Assembly (NCBI GenBank): GCA_946965045.2
Contig: OX337236.1
Coordinates: 372,001 to 436,000, forward strand
Source: Epithemia pelagica
Taxonomy: Eukaryota > Protista > Bacillariophyta
Direction of reading: 5' to 3'
Length of the DNA stretch: 64,000 nt
Numbering within the stretch: position 1 is the first letter of the stretch; every line of letters starts with the position of its first letter. The position numbers were made by a program, and so were the translations under genes. Positions 45,628 to 56,159 of the stretch are shown here, piece by piece. The notes beneath the pieces are model-generated. The model made no database searches. It had not been told where the DNA came from and saw only the letters and a list, made by a program, of their open reading frames with translations.

Positions 45628-47064
45628 ATGGCAGCCAACGCCGACATGGAGCAAATCCTTACGTGGATCGGTTTTACCGATGGTCCCCAACGTCACCGCA
45701 TTTGTCAAGAAGGCGGTTTTGGAACGATGTCCGACTTCGTCGGTGTCACGGAAACCGATATTAGGAACATGGCCGAAAGTTTTGAGAAAAGGACGGACGC
45801 CAATGGACGCATTCTCTTCGGGATGCGCCGCATTAAATGGCTTATTGGCATTATGCACTGGGTGCAAGATTTCCTTCGTTGTTCCTTGCAACCAACCATC
45901 GCCGGCATCGCCGATGCAAACGCGTTCAAGGACGCTCTAACAACCGCCATCGATCGTGCTGAGACCCGCAAAGTGGAAGCCGAACAAGCTGACACGGTCA
46001 GCAAAGCAGCCGATCCGGGAAAGTTTAAGGATGAACGCAAGTGGCCCGATTGGGAACCCGCGTTCGTCAACTACCTTTCGACCATCCCTGGCGTAAATGG
46101 AGTACCTTTGTCGTATGTTGTCCGAGCAAATGACCAACCTGACCATGTGACTGATTTCGGTGAAGATTTCAACCGCAAGATTATCGCCTGTGCACCCTTG
46201 CATGGCACCCACTTCCGCACTGATGCGCGAAAAGTTCACCAACTCCTGAAGAACTACCTTGTCGCCGAGACCGCTGAGCAGTGGACCAAGCATCTAGCTC
46301 GTTACAGCGACGGTCGTCGTGATATGGCCGCCCTTCGTGACCACTACGCGGGCGAGGGAAACGCGAGTCGACGCATTGCGTCTGCTGACCGCATGCGTGA
46401 GAGCCTACACTACAAAAGTGAACGCTCGCTCCCTTTTACAACGTTCTTGGACCGTCTTCAGAAGATGTTTAACATCTATGAAGACGAGGGGGAGAAGTAT
46501 ACGGACGCCGCCAAGATTCGCGAGCTATTCAAGCGCGTGCAACACCCTCAGTTGCAAGACACGGTCAAGGCTCTCAAGGTTCGGTTCGATATGGACGGTC
46601 TGACCTACACTCAGGCCGCCAATCACATCGCCGCAGCCGTCAGCGAGATGCCAGAATATCAGTTGGCCCGTAAAGTGTCCTCGACGCAACGTATTCGCGG
46701 GGGAGGGTCCAGGTTTAACACACCCCAGAAATCCGGTGGAACTAAGGCGCCAAAGAGTGGAGTCCATATGCCCGATGGGACGATCTTTACCGGCTTCTAC
46801 AAGAACTGGAAAGAGCTCCCTGACGATGACAAGCAGAAAGTCATCGACGAGCGAAAGAAGAAGCAGAAAAGCGGTGGGAAACGCAAAGCATCTGAGATTA
46901 CTAGTATGGCCGAAACTCTTGTTGAAATGAAACGCCAGGTGGCGGAGTTATCTACCAATATGGCCAGTGCCACAAAGAAAGAAAACGAAGAAGAACGCGT
47001 GCCCGATGATGCCGGAAATAAGTTCGGCGGCCGCAACGAACGTGCAAATGGGAAGCGTGGGTGA
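45628..47064 (+). CDS. gag: copia Gag (diatom type)
   Basis: 478-aa ORF after the PBS with W..WE..F.NYL...G..G.PL.YV.R and DGR.....L..HY.G motifs. Confidence 0.85.
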   Translation: MAANADMEQILTWIGFTDGPQRHRICQEGGFGTMSDFVGVTETDIRNMAESFEKRTDANGRILFGMRRIKWLIGIMHWVQDFLRCSLQPTIAGIADANAFKDALTTAIDRAETRKVEAEQADTVSKAADPGKFKDERKWPDWEPAFVNYLSTIPGVNGVPLSYVVRANDQPDHVTDFGEDFNRKIIACAPLHGTHFRTDARKVHQLLKNYLVAETAEQWTKHLARYSDGRRDMAALRDHYAGEGNASRRIASADRMRESLHYKSERSLPFTTFLDRLQKMFNIYEDEGEKYTDAAKIRELFKRVQHPQLQDTVKALKVRFDMDGLTYTQAANHIAAAVSEMPEYQLARKVSSTQRIRGGGSRFNTPQKSGGTKAPKSGVHMPDGTIFTGFYKNWKELPDDDKQKVIDERKKKQKSGGKRKASEITSMAETLVEMKRQVAELSTNMASATKKENEEERVPDDAGNKFGGRNERANGKRG

Positions 47065-50000
47065 CAGTTGCCCTCCCTGCTTGTGTGGTACTTGTTTAAA
47101 TTCGTGAGTTATCTCTGTATACGAATTGTTGTACCATTTATGTCGCGAGTAGGGAGACCACGTACCATTAGTCGAATCGTATCGTCCGCAAGGTCGAGCA
47201 CTCAGCATCGTGAAAAAGGAAAAAGAAGCAGAGAAGAAATGACCGCTGGTCGTTTGGAATTTGACACACATGCGGACACGATTGTCCTGGGTGCGAATTG
47301 TGTAATCCTGTCTTATACAGGCAAGGAATGCGATGTGTCTCCGTACACCGAAACTTATGAGTCCATCAAGAATGTGCCAGTGGTGTCAGGAGCGACATTA
47401 TGGACCAATAAAACTGACGGCCAGGAATTCATCCTGGTGTTCAACGAGGCACTGTGGATGGGTGACCAGTTGGGTCACACCTTGGTAAACCCCAATCAAG
47501 TCCGGGCTTACGGCATCCCAGTACAAGACAATCCTTATAACGGACAGGAGGCATTATCCATCGCCCATCATGAGGTAACGATACCGTTTAACACGGACGG
47601 CACCATTATTTACTGCGACACAAGGACGCCGACACAAAAAGAACTTGAAGCATTGCCCCATATCCACTTGTCGTCGCCACATGACTGGGATCCACACGAT
47701 ATCAAGTTTCCCTGCGTAGACCACGATGGCGATCGCGAAGTGTCCGTTATCAGGACTGACTTTCCATTCCAGGGGACTGTCTTCGACCAAGAGGAAGTTA
47801 CAAAACGGATCGTCGCCTCCGTGCAGATTGGGGAGGCCGGATTGCAGCCAGAATTCTTTCCTCGCACTGATATTCCAGCCGAAAGAACATTCATTTCCAA
47901 AGAGAGACGTGGTACCGTCACTGCACAGTCGTTGAGCGAACGTTGGTTTATCGGTCTGTCACAAGCCAAAAAGACTTTGGCTTCGACCACACAACGAATG
48001 ATACGGTCAGCAATATTGCCCATGGCAAGAAGATACCGTGCAGACCGCATGTTTGAACGGCCCAGAATCAAGGGAGTGGTATACACAGATACCATGGACG
48101 GTCAATATAAATCTCTGGATGGTAACGGGCATGCACAGGTATTTGCAAATAAAGATTTCTTTGCGGTTGCATACCCCATCGAGAAGAAAAGTGGAGCAGG
48201 AGACGCTCTCAAACAATTCATTAGTGATTACGGGGTCCCGGATACAATCCTGTGTGATGGATCGAAAGAACAGACGGGCAAACGGACGACGTTCCGCGAG
48301 TTAGTCCGCAAGCATGCAATTGATTTGCAAGTGACTGAACCTTATCGGCACAATCAATCTAAGGTTGAGGGTGTGATTCGCGAAATCCGCAAGCGTTGGT
48401 TCCGAGTCATGCACAAACAGCGGGTTCCCCGAAGACTTTGGGACTACGGGATTCGTTGGGTCTGCGAGACCATGCAGAGGACTGCACGCATGTCAGGGGA
48501 CTTGGATGGGCGCACGAGTCTAGAAGGTCTGACCGGTGAGACACCCGACATATCTGAGTACCTCGATTTTACCTTCTATGATTGGTGTTGGTATAACGAC
48601 AACGCCGGCCTTGGCACTACAAGACTCGGTCGATGGCTAGGTGTGGCCCATAGAGTGGGTAGCTTGATGTCCTACTGGATACTGACAGAGCAAGGCCGGG
48701 TAGTTTCCCGAACTACCGTCACTAGAGTTACTACCCTTGAACAACAAGAAGCAAGTACAGTTCGTCGTTGTAATGAGTTTGATCAAGGGATCAAGGAGAA
48801 ACTGCATGATTCCGCCCATTTCATTGTCGATGGCGGCAAAACCACACCGAATGACTGGGATCTCCCGCCTCTCGATCATGACCCGGACTTCCATGCTGAG
48901 TTTCATGAAGTAGTGTCCAATGATGAGGTCAAGGAGGCCGATGAGGAGTTCACCCCGGAGGTCTTCAACGACACTTACGTGAACATGGAAGTGGCAATCC
49001 CGAAAGGGGACGAAACGCATCCCATGTTAGCACGAGTCACCAAAAGGCTACGAGATAAGGATGGTTTACCCATCGGCACGGCGCATGACAACCCGATATT
49101 AGACACCCGCATGTATGAAGTGGAATACCAGGATGGGACCAAGGCAGCACTTGCAGCCAATCATATCGCCGAGAACTTGTTTTCCCAAATCGATGACGAT
49201 GGTCATCGGCAAGTCCTGTTAGATGAGATTATCGATCATCGGACGAATGGGCAAGAAGTGAAGCAACAGGACGCCTTTGTCACGCTACGAAACGGCAACC
49301 AGCGCCGACGAGAGACCACGGTAGGCTGGGAATTGCTGGTTCAGTGGAAAGACGGGTCAACCAACTGGATCGCCTTGAAAGACATCAAGGAGTCATACCC
49401 TGTGCAGGTGTCAGAGTACGCTGTGGCATCCAAAATCTCTATGGAGCCTGCTTTCGCGTGGTGGGTTCCAAAGGTGTTGAAGAAGCGAAACCGCATCATC
49501 GCAAAGTTGAAGTCAAAATATTGGTTAAGAACCCATAAGTTTGGGATCAGGATACCCAAGTCCGTCGAGGAAGCCAAGGAGTTGGACAGAAAAAATGGCA
49601 ACACCTTATGGTGGGATGCGATCTGTAAAGAGATGCGGAATGTGCGACCAGGTTTTGAGATCTGGGAGAAATCTCAAGGGGACATCCCGATCGGTTATCA
49701 AGAAATTAAGTGCCATATCGTCTTCGACGTAAAAATGGGAGAGAACTTCCGAAGAAAAGCGAGATTTGTGGCAGGGGGACATCTGACTGAGACGCCAACC
49801 TCGTTGACGTATTCCTCAGTGGTATCCCGTGACTCCGTTAGAATTGCCCTCCTCATTGCAGCACTTAACGACCTAAACGTATCAGCATGTGACATCCAGA
49901 ATGCCTATCTGACGGCGGATTGTCAAGAGAAAATCTGGTTCAGGGCTGGACCTGAGCTAGGGTCCGAGGAAGGATCCATCATGATTATCAAGAAGGCTCT

Positions 50001-51231
50001 GTACGGGCTAAAGTCCAGTGGTGCGGCATTTCGGGCCCACCTAGCTGAAACGCTTTATGACATAGGATTCAAGCCATCTAAAGCAGACCCTGACTTCTGG
50101 ATGAGACCAGCGGTGAAACCAGATGGGTTTAAGTATTACGAATACGTTCTATGCTATGTGGACGATCTACTGGCTATCTCACACGACTCGAAGCGAGTGT
50201 TGCAGCGTGTCCAGGCCGTATTCAAGTTGAAAGATGATAAGATAGAGCCGCCGGATATGTATCTTGGTGCTCAGCTTGGAAAGATGGATTTCGACGGTAT
50301 AAATGGATGGTATATCTCCTCGGAGAAGTATGTTAAGGCCGCTTTGGAGAATATCGAGAAGCAGTTAGCAGAGAACGGGCAGAGACTACCCACCAAGTGC
50401 AAGACGCCCTTCACTTACGGGTATCGTCCAGAGAATGATACAAGTCCAGAGCTCAAGGCCGACGGGATTCAAAAGTTTCAGGAACTGATCGGCATATTGC
50501 GTTGGGCAGTAGAGCTGGGACGTGTCGATATATTGCTCGAGACCTCCATGTTATCGACACATCTATCTGTGCCACGAGAGGGGCATTTGCAACAGGCGTA
50601 TGCAATGTTCGGGTACTTGAAAGCTAATCCAAAGCGCAGATTGTTCTTTGACCCAAGTCATCCGGATATTGATGAGCGATCATTTGCAGAATATGACTGG
50701 TATGACTTTTATCGTGATGCGAAGGAACCTATTCCACCTGACATGCCAGAACCGCGCGGGCATTCGGTATCAACCCATTGCTTCGTGGATGCGGATCATG
50801 CGAGCAACAAAGTCACTCGCAGGTCGCAGACTGGTTTATTGATGTTTGTAAATCGGGCACCGATCACCTGGTATAGCAAACGGCAGAATACCGTTGAAAC
50901 CAGTACGTTCGGGAGTGAATTCATAGCAATGCGGACAGCCGTGGAGCACATCGAAGGGTTGCGATACAAGTTGAGGATGTTTGGTATCCCGATCGAGGGG
51001 CCAACGAATGTTTTTTGTGACAACGAGGCAGTCTTCAAGAATGCATCGATTCCGGATTCGACATTAAAGAAGAAGCATACATCGATTTGTTACCACAGGG
51101 CCAGAGAGGCCGTGGCAGCGAGGACCATGAGAGTGGCCAAGGAAGGAACGGCAACGAACTTGTCGGACTTATTCACAAAGCCGTTGTCAGATGAAAGAAG
51201 GGATTTCTTATTGAAGCGGTTCACTTACTGA
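47065..51231 (+). CDS. pol: copia Pol (protease, integrase, chromo-like region, RT, RNase H), in frame with gag
   Basis: LEFDTHADT; YTDT...CDGSKEQ...E; KARFVAGGH, DIQNAYL, KALYGLKSSG, YVDDLL; FVDADHA, STFGSEF, FCDNE, DLFTKPL. Confidence 0.95.
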   Translation, partial: QLPSLLVWYLFKFVSYLCIRIVVPFMSRVGRPRTISRIVSSARSSTQHREKGKRSREEMTAGRLEFDTHADTIVLGANCVILSYTGKECDVSPYTETYESIKNVPVVSGATLWTNKTDGQEFILVFNEALWMGDQLGHTLVNPNQVRAYGIPVQDNPYNGQEALSIAHHEVTIPFNTDGTIIYCDTRTPTQKELEALPHIHLSSPHDWDPHDIKFPCVDHDGDREVSVIRTDFPFQGTVFDQEEVTKRIVASVQIGEAGLQPEFFPRTDIPAERTFISKERRGTVTAQSLSERWFIGLSQAKKTLASTTQRMIRSAILPMARRYRADRMFERPRIKGVVYTDTMDGQYKSLDGNGHAQVFANKDFFAVAYPIEKKSGAGDALKQFISDYGVPDTILCDGSKEQTGKRTTFRELVRKHAIDLQVTEPYRHNQSKVEGVIREIRKRWFRVMHKQRVPRRLWDYGIRWVCETMQRTARMSGDLDGRTSLEGLTGETPDISEYLDFTFYDWCWYNDNAGLGTTRLGRWLGVAHRVGSLMSYWILTEQGRVVSRTTVTRVTTLEQQEASTVRRCNEFDQGIKEKLHDSAHFIVDGGKTTPNDWDLPPLDHDPDFHAEFHEVVSNDEVKEADEEFTPEVFNDTYVNMEVAIPKGDETHPMLARVTKRLRDKDGLPIGTAHDNPILDTRMYEVEYQDGTKAALAANHIAENLFSQIDDDGHRQVLLDEIIDHRTNGQEVKQQDAFVTLRNGNQRRRETTVGWELLVQWKDGSTNWIALKDIKESYPVQVSEYAVASKISMEPAFAWWVPKVLKKRNRIIAKLKSKYWLRTHKFGIRIPKSVEEAKELDRKNGNTLWWDAICKEMRNVRPGFEIWEKSQGDIPIGYQEIKCHIVFDVKMGENFRRKARFVAGGHLTETPTSLTYSSVVSRDSVRIALLIAALNDLNVSACDIQNAYLTADCQEKIWFRAGPELGSEEGSIMIIKKALYGLKSSGAAFRAHLAETLYDIGFKPSKADPDFWMRPAVKPDGFKYYEYVLCYVDDLLAISHDSKRVLQRVQAVFKLKDDKIEPPDMYLGAQLGKMDFDGINGWYISSEKYVKAALENIEKQLAENGQRLPTKCKTPFTYGYRPENDTSPELKADGIQKFQELIGILRWAVELGRVDILLETSMLSTHLSVPREGHLQQAYAMFGYLKANPKRRLFFDPSHPDIDERSFAEYDWYDFYRDAKEPIPPDMPEPRGHSVSTHCFVDADHASNKVTRRSQTGLLMFVNRAPITWYSKRQNTVETSTFGSEFIAMRTAVEHIEGLRYKLRMFGIPIEGPTNVFCDNEAVFKNASIPDSTLKKKHTSICYHRAREAVAARTMRVAKEGTATNLSDLFTKPLSDERRDFLLKRFTY

Positions 51232-51283
51232 ATGACATCGGGGCGAATTTATGAGAACGCAGGTCTCATATCTTCGAGGGGAC

Positions 51284-51477
51284 CGAATGAAATCCACCGT
51301 GGCACGTGTGCGACAGTTAGATGGTGCGGCTGGCGCTTATTGGCGGGCCTGAGTGTGCACCTTGTTAGCGATAACCTTTATCCTAGAACCTTGGCCTTAG
51401 CGGTCACTCTTTTGCATGAAATCCTGAGTTGCACCCTAACCTGTGAGTTTACCGTATTGTACGACGTGTTTTATTCG
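51284..51477 (+). repeat. 3' LTR
   Basis: Identical to the 5' LTR; preceded by a polypurine tract. Confidence 0.9.
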
Positions 51478-51742
51478 CGCGGGGGAGGAAGGTTACATAG
51501 CATGTCGCTAAAAGGATGGCATCCTCGATATACTGACAGAACACAAATAGCGTACACGGACAACTGTCATCTCGTCATTACGGACATTCTGGGTTTTGGT
51601 TGTTCTCACAAGGAGTGTTGAAACTTCGATCCCCTCGAACCATGGTACAAACATGCATTGCATCACCACGGCGGGGCTGCAACATAACATACACAATCGC
51701 CCAAACAGCAACAAACAACGCTAGCAAGAACAATCAAGTCTC

Positions 51743-52677
51743 GTGTCTACAAACATGCCAACAGACGAGGCAAAAGTCTTAGCTCATCGCGAGTGGGGAA
51801 GTGAACTGGGCGAAGGATGGCCTGTGGTTGGCATCGATTTCGGAGATAGGGACATGATGAACGACATCTATGAGCATTTAGGGATCCAAAATGATTCCAG
51901 GAGCCGCGCGCAGTTCCGTGCCTACATTAATGAACAGCAGCAACAGCAGCAGCATCATCATGAGAAGGATCCCTACGAGACTCGGCGTATGACGTCTCAA
52001 CCAGAAAAATATAAGCTGTCTCCCACCCTCATGAGGGCTCTTCAAAAGCTAAAGAACAAACACATAGATTTGAATGACCTTCCAATGGACAACGAACACA
52101 AAGAATGGAGCAATGTTGAAACAAGAGCAGAGTTTTCGCCTCTTGAATTGTCAGCAGTGCAGAACTATCGGAAAAGACTGAATAAAGAGCAACATGACCC
52201 GAAGATGTTGACCTTGTAATCCGAAACTATGAATCTAAAAAACGCCAGCCATTTTCCTCTACGAGGCTAAATTCCAACATCTCCACACTGTATCAGTATA
52301 AGGATCGACCGGATTTTCTTACTTTCCGCCTGGGCGAACAGAACTACAGCGACGATGCGACACGTGCTGGCATTCTAAAAGCTATGGAGAAAGCACCAGT
52401 CTACGTGACAGGAGTCTTGGGAGCAGGGAAAACTCGAACAGTGTTGGAACTGCTATCCGCCCATTGGGGTGTGCACTTCAGTGCTGGCATGTACCTTGCT
52501 AGGAGTCCCCGGCATATCATTGTTGATCAATCGTTTTCTGTAGGCATGTACGGAAAAGAGGACAAAAAGAGAACCAACAACCAATACCATTGCGGTGAGC
52601 CAGCTCCCATTTCTGCTGCCTTACTCCTAGTAGAGAGAGGAATACCTCAAAGTCATAGCAATAGGACTTCTCCTTGA
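51743..52677 (+). pseudogene. Frameshifted Crinkler-like gene remnant (helical header + P-loop)
   Basis: ORF 51743..52219 overlaps a second frame that is open from about 52198 through VYVTGVLGAGKTRTVLELLSAHWGVHF. Similarity appears to end soon after that motif. Confidence 0.45.
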
Positions 52678-53129
52678 GTACTCCAATGAAATGTGGGAAA
52701 TACCACGAACCTCTAGGAACCCTGTGCCTTGCCCCAAAAATGCCCATCATGGTTGACGTATGAACTGTAAGCTAAATAAGCATGATTTACTTTTGCATCA
52801 ACCTCGGTCATGTACCGACAGGTGTACAAATCTAGATCAGACATTCAACCAATTCCCAACGAAGAGTCTACATAGCGAGTCCAAAGGCTACCGCCCAAAG
52901 TAAAGGAATGAAGCGCTCCGGTAGCGCCGATCGCTTGTCACTGAATGGCTCATTGGAGTATTAGATTGCAAGAGTTTCCCATTCATGCAGTTTGGACCCT
53001 TCCAACTGAAATGTGGATCAAGAGGCGGCCCAAAGCAGAAAAGATGATATCCGAGATCAATGTCTCATCATGATGGATTGATTATCTATCGACCAGACAC
53101 TCCAAAGGTGTACTTGAATACATATGGGC

Positions 53130-55709
53130 TTAGTCACCTCTGGAAACTTGTTTTGTCGCCGTTCGTGGAACAAGGAAAGGGTGTTCATTCAAAAGTCCAT
53201 TCTTCCCGACAATTGGCGGGCGCAAGTCAGGTCTTCGTTGGAGACACTTTTGCATGACGTCAATAGCCAAAGCATCAACAGTCTCGGGGAAGGCAATTTG
53301 ATAGTTTGGATTTATAATGGCTTGAAATTTCTGAATCATATGCAAATCGGCAAAAGGCGTCTTTCCGTACACCATTTGATACAATATACATCCTAGCGAC
53401 CAGATATCGGATGCCCTTCCTATCTTCATCTTGGGCTTGTCTCCCTCCATCCCACTGTCTTGAATAGCTTCGGGACTCATGTAATTGAGTGTCCCAATCT
53501 GGCTTTCTCGGTAGATATTGGTAGTGTCTTGATTCTCAATCGCTTTTGCAATCCCAAAATCGATAAGTTTCAGTGTACCTTTGACAAACAGAAAGTTGGC
53601 AGGTTTGAGGTCACCATGAATTATTCTTGCTTCGTGAATACAGTGAACAGCGCTGAGCATCTGCTGCCACGTAAGACGAATAAAGTTCATATTGAGACAC
53701 CTTCGCCCATCCGCATTGGATGAAAGCGACTGTTTTTGAAGGGCGTGGTTCAAGTCCACTTCTCCCAGTTCCATGACAACAAATATGGCCTTTCGCTGGT
53801 AGTCGACTTCGCTGTCGAACATTTGTATGATACTTGAATATCCGCGAAGGGATTTCAACAATTTGATTTCATTCGCATATGATTCAACTGCCCTTTTATC
53901 CATCCCTCCAATTTTGACCTTCTTGATAGCAACAACAGAGTTGTCTTTGGCCAGTCCGCGATAGACCTTGCACGATCCACCTTTTCCAATGGGACCGCCT
54001 AGCTTTACATAAGGGACCCCATTGACACGAACAATGTTCTTCTCTTCTAACAAAGGAAGAAAATCTTCATTGTATCTCTCTCGGTAACTTCTTGTCGATG
54101 AAGCTGAAAGTCGAGTTTCACTGATTGGAGGTGCTACTGTTGGAGGAACAGAAACTCCTTGCTGTCTTTGCGGCGTATCTTTATGGTTTTGTTCTCGAGC
54201 ATGGGGTTCCTGTACGATTGATGCTTTCTTTGGATCAGACACTTCCTTGGACTCTTCGATTTTTGGTAGTAGGGGTGACGCTTTTGCTTCGCTGCTTTTT
54301 CGAATTTCACCGTTGTTGAAACGGGAGCCAGGGCTCCACTCCAAAATATAGCTAAGATCCAACTTGGGCACGACAACTTTGCTCTGATCTTCCGTGTCGC
54401 CCTGGACATGAATCCCGGAATCCGAGTCCTCCTCGTGGCTTCCATCACTCCCACTTGCATCATTATTGCGCCTTGCTTTGCCCAACCTGGAAGAAAGCAG
54501 AGGTTGTCGACGAATGCTGGAACTCCCAGAAGACCTCTTACGTGTGCTCTTGGTATCCTCGACAGCCACTGATGGTGTTGCTGTCCTGTTTTCCCCAGCG
54601 CTTTTCCCTGCGGACATGCCCTCGATGGTTCCCGATCCCTTTGCATCGACTGGAGTTTTGAGTCGTGGCAGTGTGTCCTGAACATCCATGGAATGCTGAG
54701 TAATAGCCACTGGAGTCTTGTGTTCATGTCCTGGTGTAGCTCCAACGACTCCGTTTCCGCTGTGATCTGTGGAGACCTGGCCGCCGTTGCTCCGACGAGG
54801 AAGAGGATCCAATTTGAAACGAATTGATTCCTTGCGCCCTTGAATGATGGGACTCTCAACTTTCGGTCTTTCGGACACTGAGAGTGGAAGAACATCTACC
54901 TTTCCCGTCTCTGTTTTTCGCCGTTTCGGAGAAAGCTGTTGGTCGTCCAGTTTCCGCTTCGTCGCTGACGTCGGTCGAGACTTGACCTGAAGCTTCACTA
55001 GATATTGCTGCAAGTCAAGAATAGGTTGAGCTTTGGCCTCAATTCCCTCTCGAAGAATAGCAATAGCTTTTGGAAGGTCCATCGCCTCGTCCATCTTGGC
55101 TAGCTGGATATAAAAGGCGGCTTTTCCGGATGCCCACTGACGAATGTGCTGCATCGTCAGGCGAGCTTCCTTTTCTGATCCATTCAGGAGATGAACTTTG
55201 GTATATGAAATCCATATGTGCAGCAAATTGTCAATCTCCTCTTCGTTAATGCATTCAAATGATGGTCGCAGCCGAGTTGTCGCGCGACGGTGAAGTCGAA
55301 CCAATTCGGGAAGAGAAAGAATTTCATTTTGAGATGCATAACTAAGAATTCTATGCCACACAGCGGGTTGGTCATCTTCACTTTCGGCAAGGGTTCGACA
55401 GTCTTCCTTGTACGACGGACTGATTCTGTCCTCATTTCCTGATATACCAAACAGAGTTTCATATTTTTCGCCATATCGGAGCAAGGCTCGTCGAACAGGG
55501 GGTTTCTTTTTTTCTGTTCGTTCGAACAAAACTTCACTCATTCCTGTCTCTGAATTCGCACTAGATCCCAGTGGGCGAAGAGGATTACGAACAGCCGAGA
55601 AACTCAGTGATGACTGCTCATCTCGGGAACGCAGACGGCTTCCTTTGTCATGGCGTTCGTGAAGGGATGGAAATTGTCGGGGTCTATGGTTTTCCTTGGA
55701 AATATCCAT
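53130..55709 (-). CDS. MPS1: MPS1/TTK spindle-checkpoint kinase
   Basis: IGKGGSCKVY, AIKKV, IIHGDLKPANFLFVKGTLKLIDFGIAKAI, GTLNYMSPEA, SDIWSLGCILYQMVYG.TPF; N-terminal TPR-like block. Start is MDISKEN or Met 55760. Confidence 0.92.
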   Translation of the reverse strand: MDISKENHRPRQFPSLHERHDKGSRLRSRDEQSSLSFSAVRNPLRPLGSSANSETGMSEVLFERTEKKKPPVRRALLRYGEKYETLFGISGNEDRISPSYKEDCRTLAESEDDQPAVWHRILSYASQNEILSLPELVRLHRRATTRLRPSFECINEEEIDNLLHIWISYTKVHLLNGSEKEARLTMQHIRQWASGKAAFYIQLAKMDEAMDLPKAIAILREGIEAKAQPILDLQQYLVKLQVKSRPTSATKRKLDDQQLSPKRRKTETGKVDVLPLSVSERPKVESPIIQGRKESIRFKLDPLPRRSNGGQVSTDHSGNGVVGATPGHEHKTPVAITQHSMDVQDTLPRLKTPVDAKGSGTIEGMSAGKSAGENRTATPSVAVEDTKSTRKRSSGSSSIRRQPLLSSRLGKARRNNDASGSDGSHEEDSDSGIHVQGDTEDQSKVVVPKLDLSYILEWSPGSRFNNGEIRKSSEAKASPLLPKIEESKEVSDPKKASIVQEPHAREQNHKDTPQRQQGVSVPPTVAPPISETRLSASSTRSYRERYNEDFLPLLEEKNIVRVNGVPYVKLGGPIGKGGSCKVYRGLAKDNSVVAIKKVKIGGMDKRAVESYANEIKLLKSLRGYSSIIQMFDSEVDYQRKAIFVVMELGEVDLNHALQKQSLSSNADGRRCLNMNFIRLTWQQMLSAVHCIHEARIIHGDLKPANFLFVKGTLKLIDFGIAKAIENQDTTNIYRESQIGTLNYMSPEAIQDSGMEGDKPKMKIGRASDIWSLGCILYQMVYGKTPFADLHMIQKFQAIINPNYQIAFPETVDALAIDVMQKCLQRRPDLRPPIVGKNGLLNEHPFLVPRTATKQVSRGD

Positions 55710-56159
55710 CGTTGCGCTCCTGTAGTTCCGTGTCTCTGTTGAATGGTTGAAAGACTGCAAGTTGTTTTATCGGCAGCGTGAAAAGTCGTTGTCTTTTCCT
55801 CCTTCCTTTTGTTCTCATCCATTGCCAAAGGACAAGGACAGAAAAACAGGGAGAAATTAGCGATGCGACCGTCAGTGACACACGCCCGGCGCGGATGTGA
55901 GCATGCTCGCGTCGTCACGCATGCCCCCGCCGATTCCCAAGCAAAATGAAAATTAACGGTCAGCTTGTCTGTCTTAAGCCCTCGCTCGTGCTTGCGCGCA
56001 ACTGAGATCTTGAGGCAATAGTACGAGTCGCGAAACAGAATTCTATGGATCCGCGACCAACCCATCCGATCCACCGACACCACGGAATCTCCGCCGCACC
56101 ATGACAAGCAATGGACAACCGATCGCAACCAAGTATTGATTGCGTACGGGAAACAGAGG

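Larger units (their letters stand above)
45206..51477 (+). mobile_element. Full-length, apparently intact Ty1/copia (CoDi-type) LTR retrotransposon, 6272 bp
   Basis: Identical 194-bp LTRs, PBS, gag, pol in PR-IN-RT-RH order, PPT GAGGGGA at 51276..51282, and CGCG on both flanks. Confidence 0.95.
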
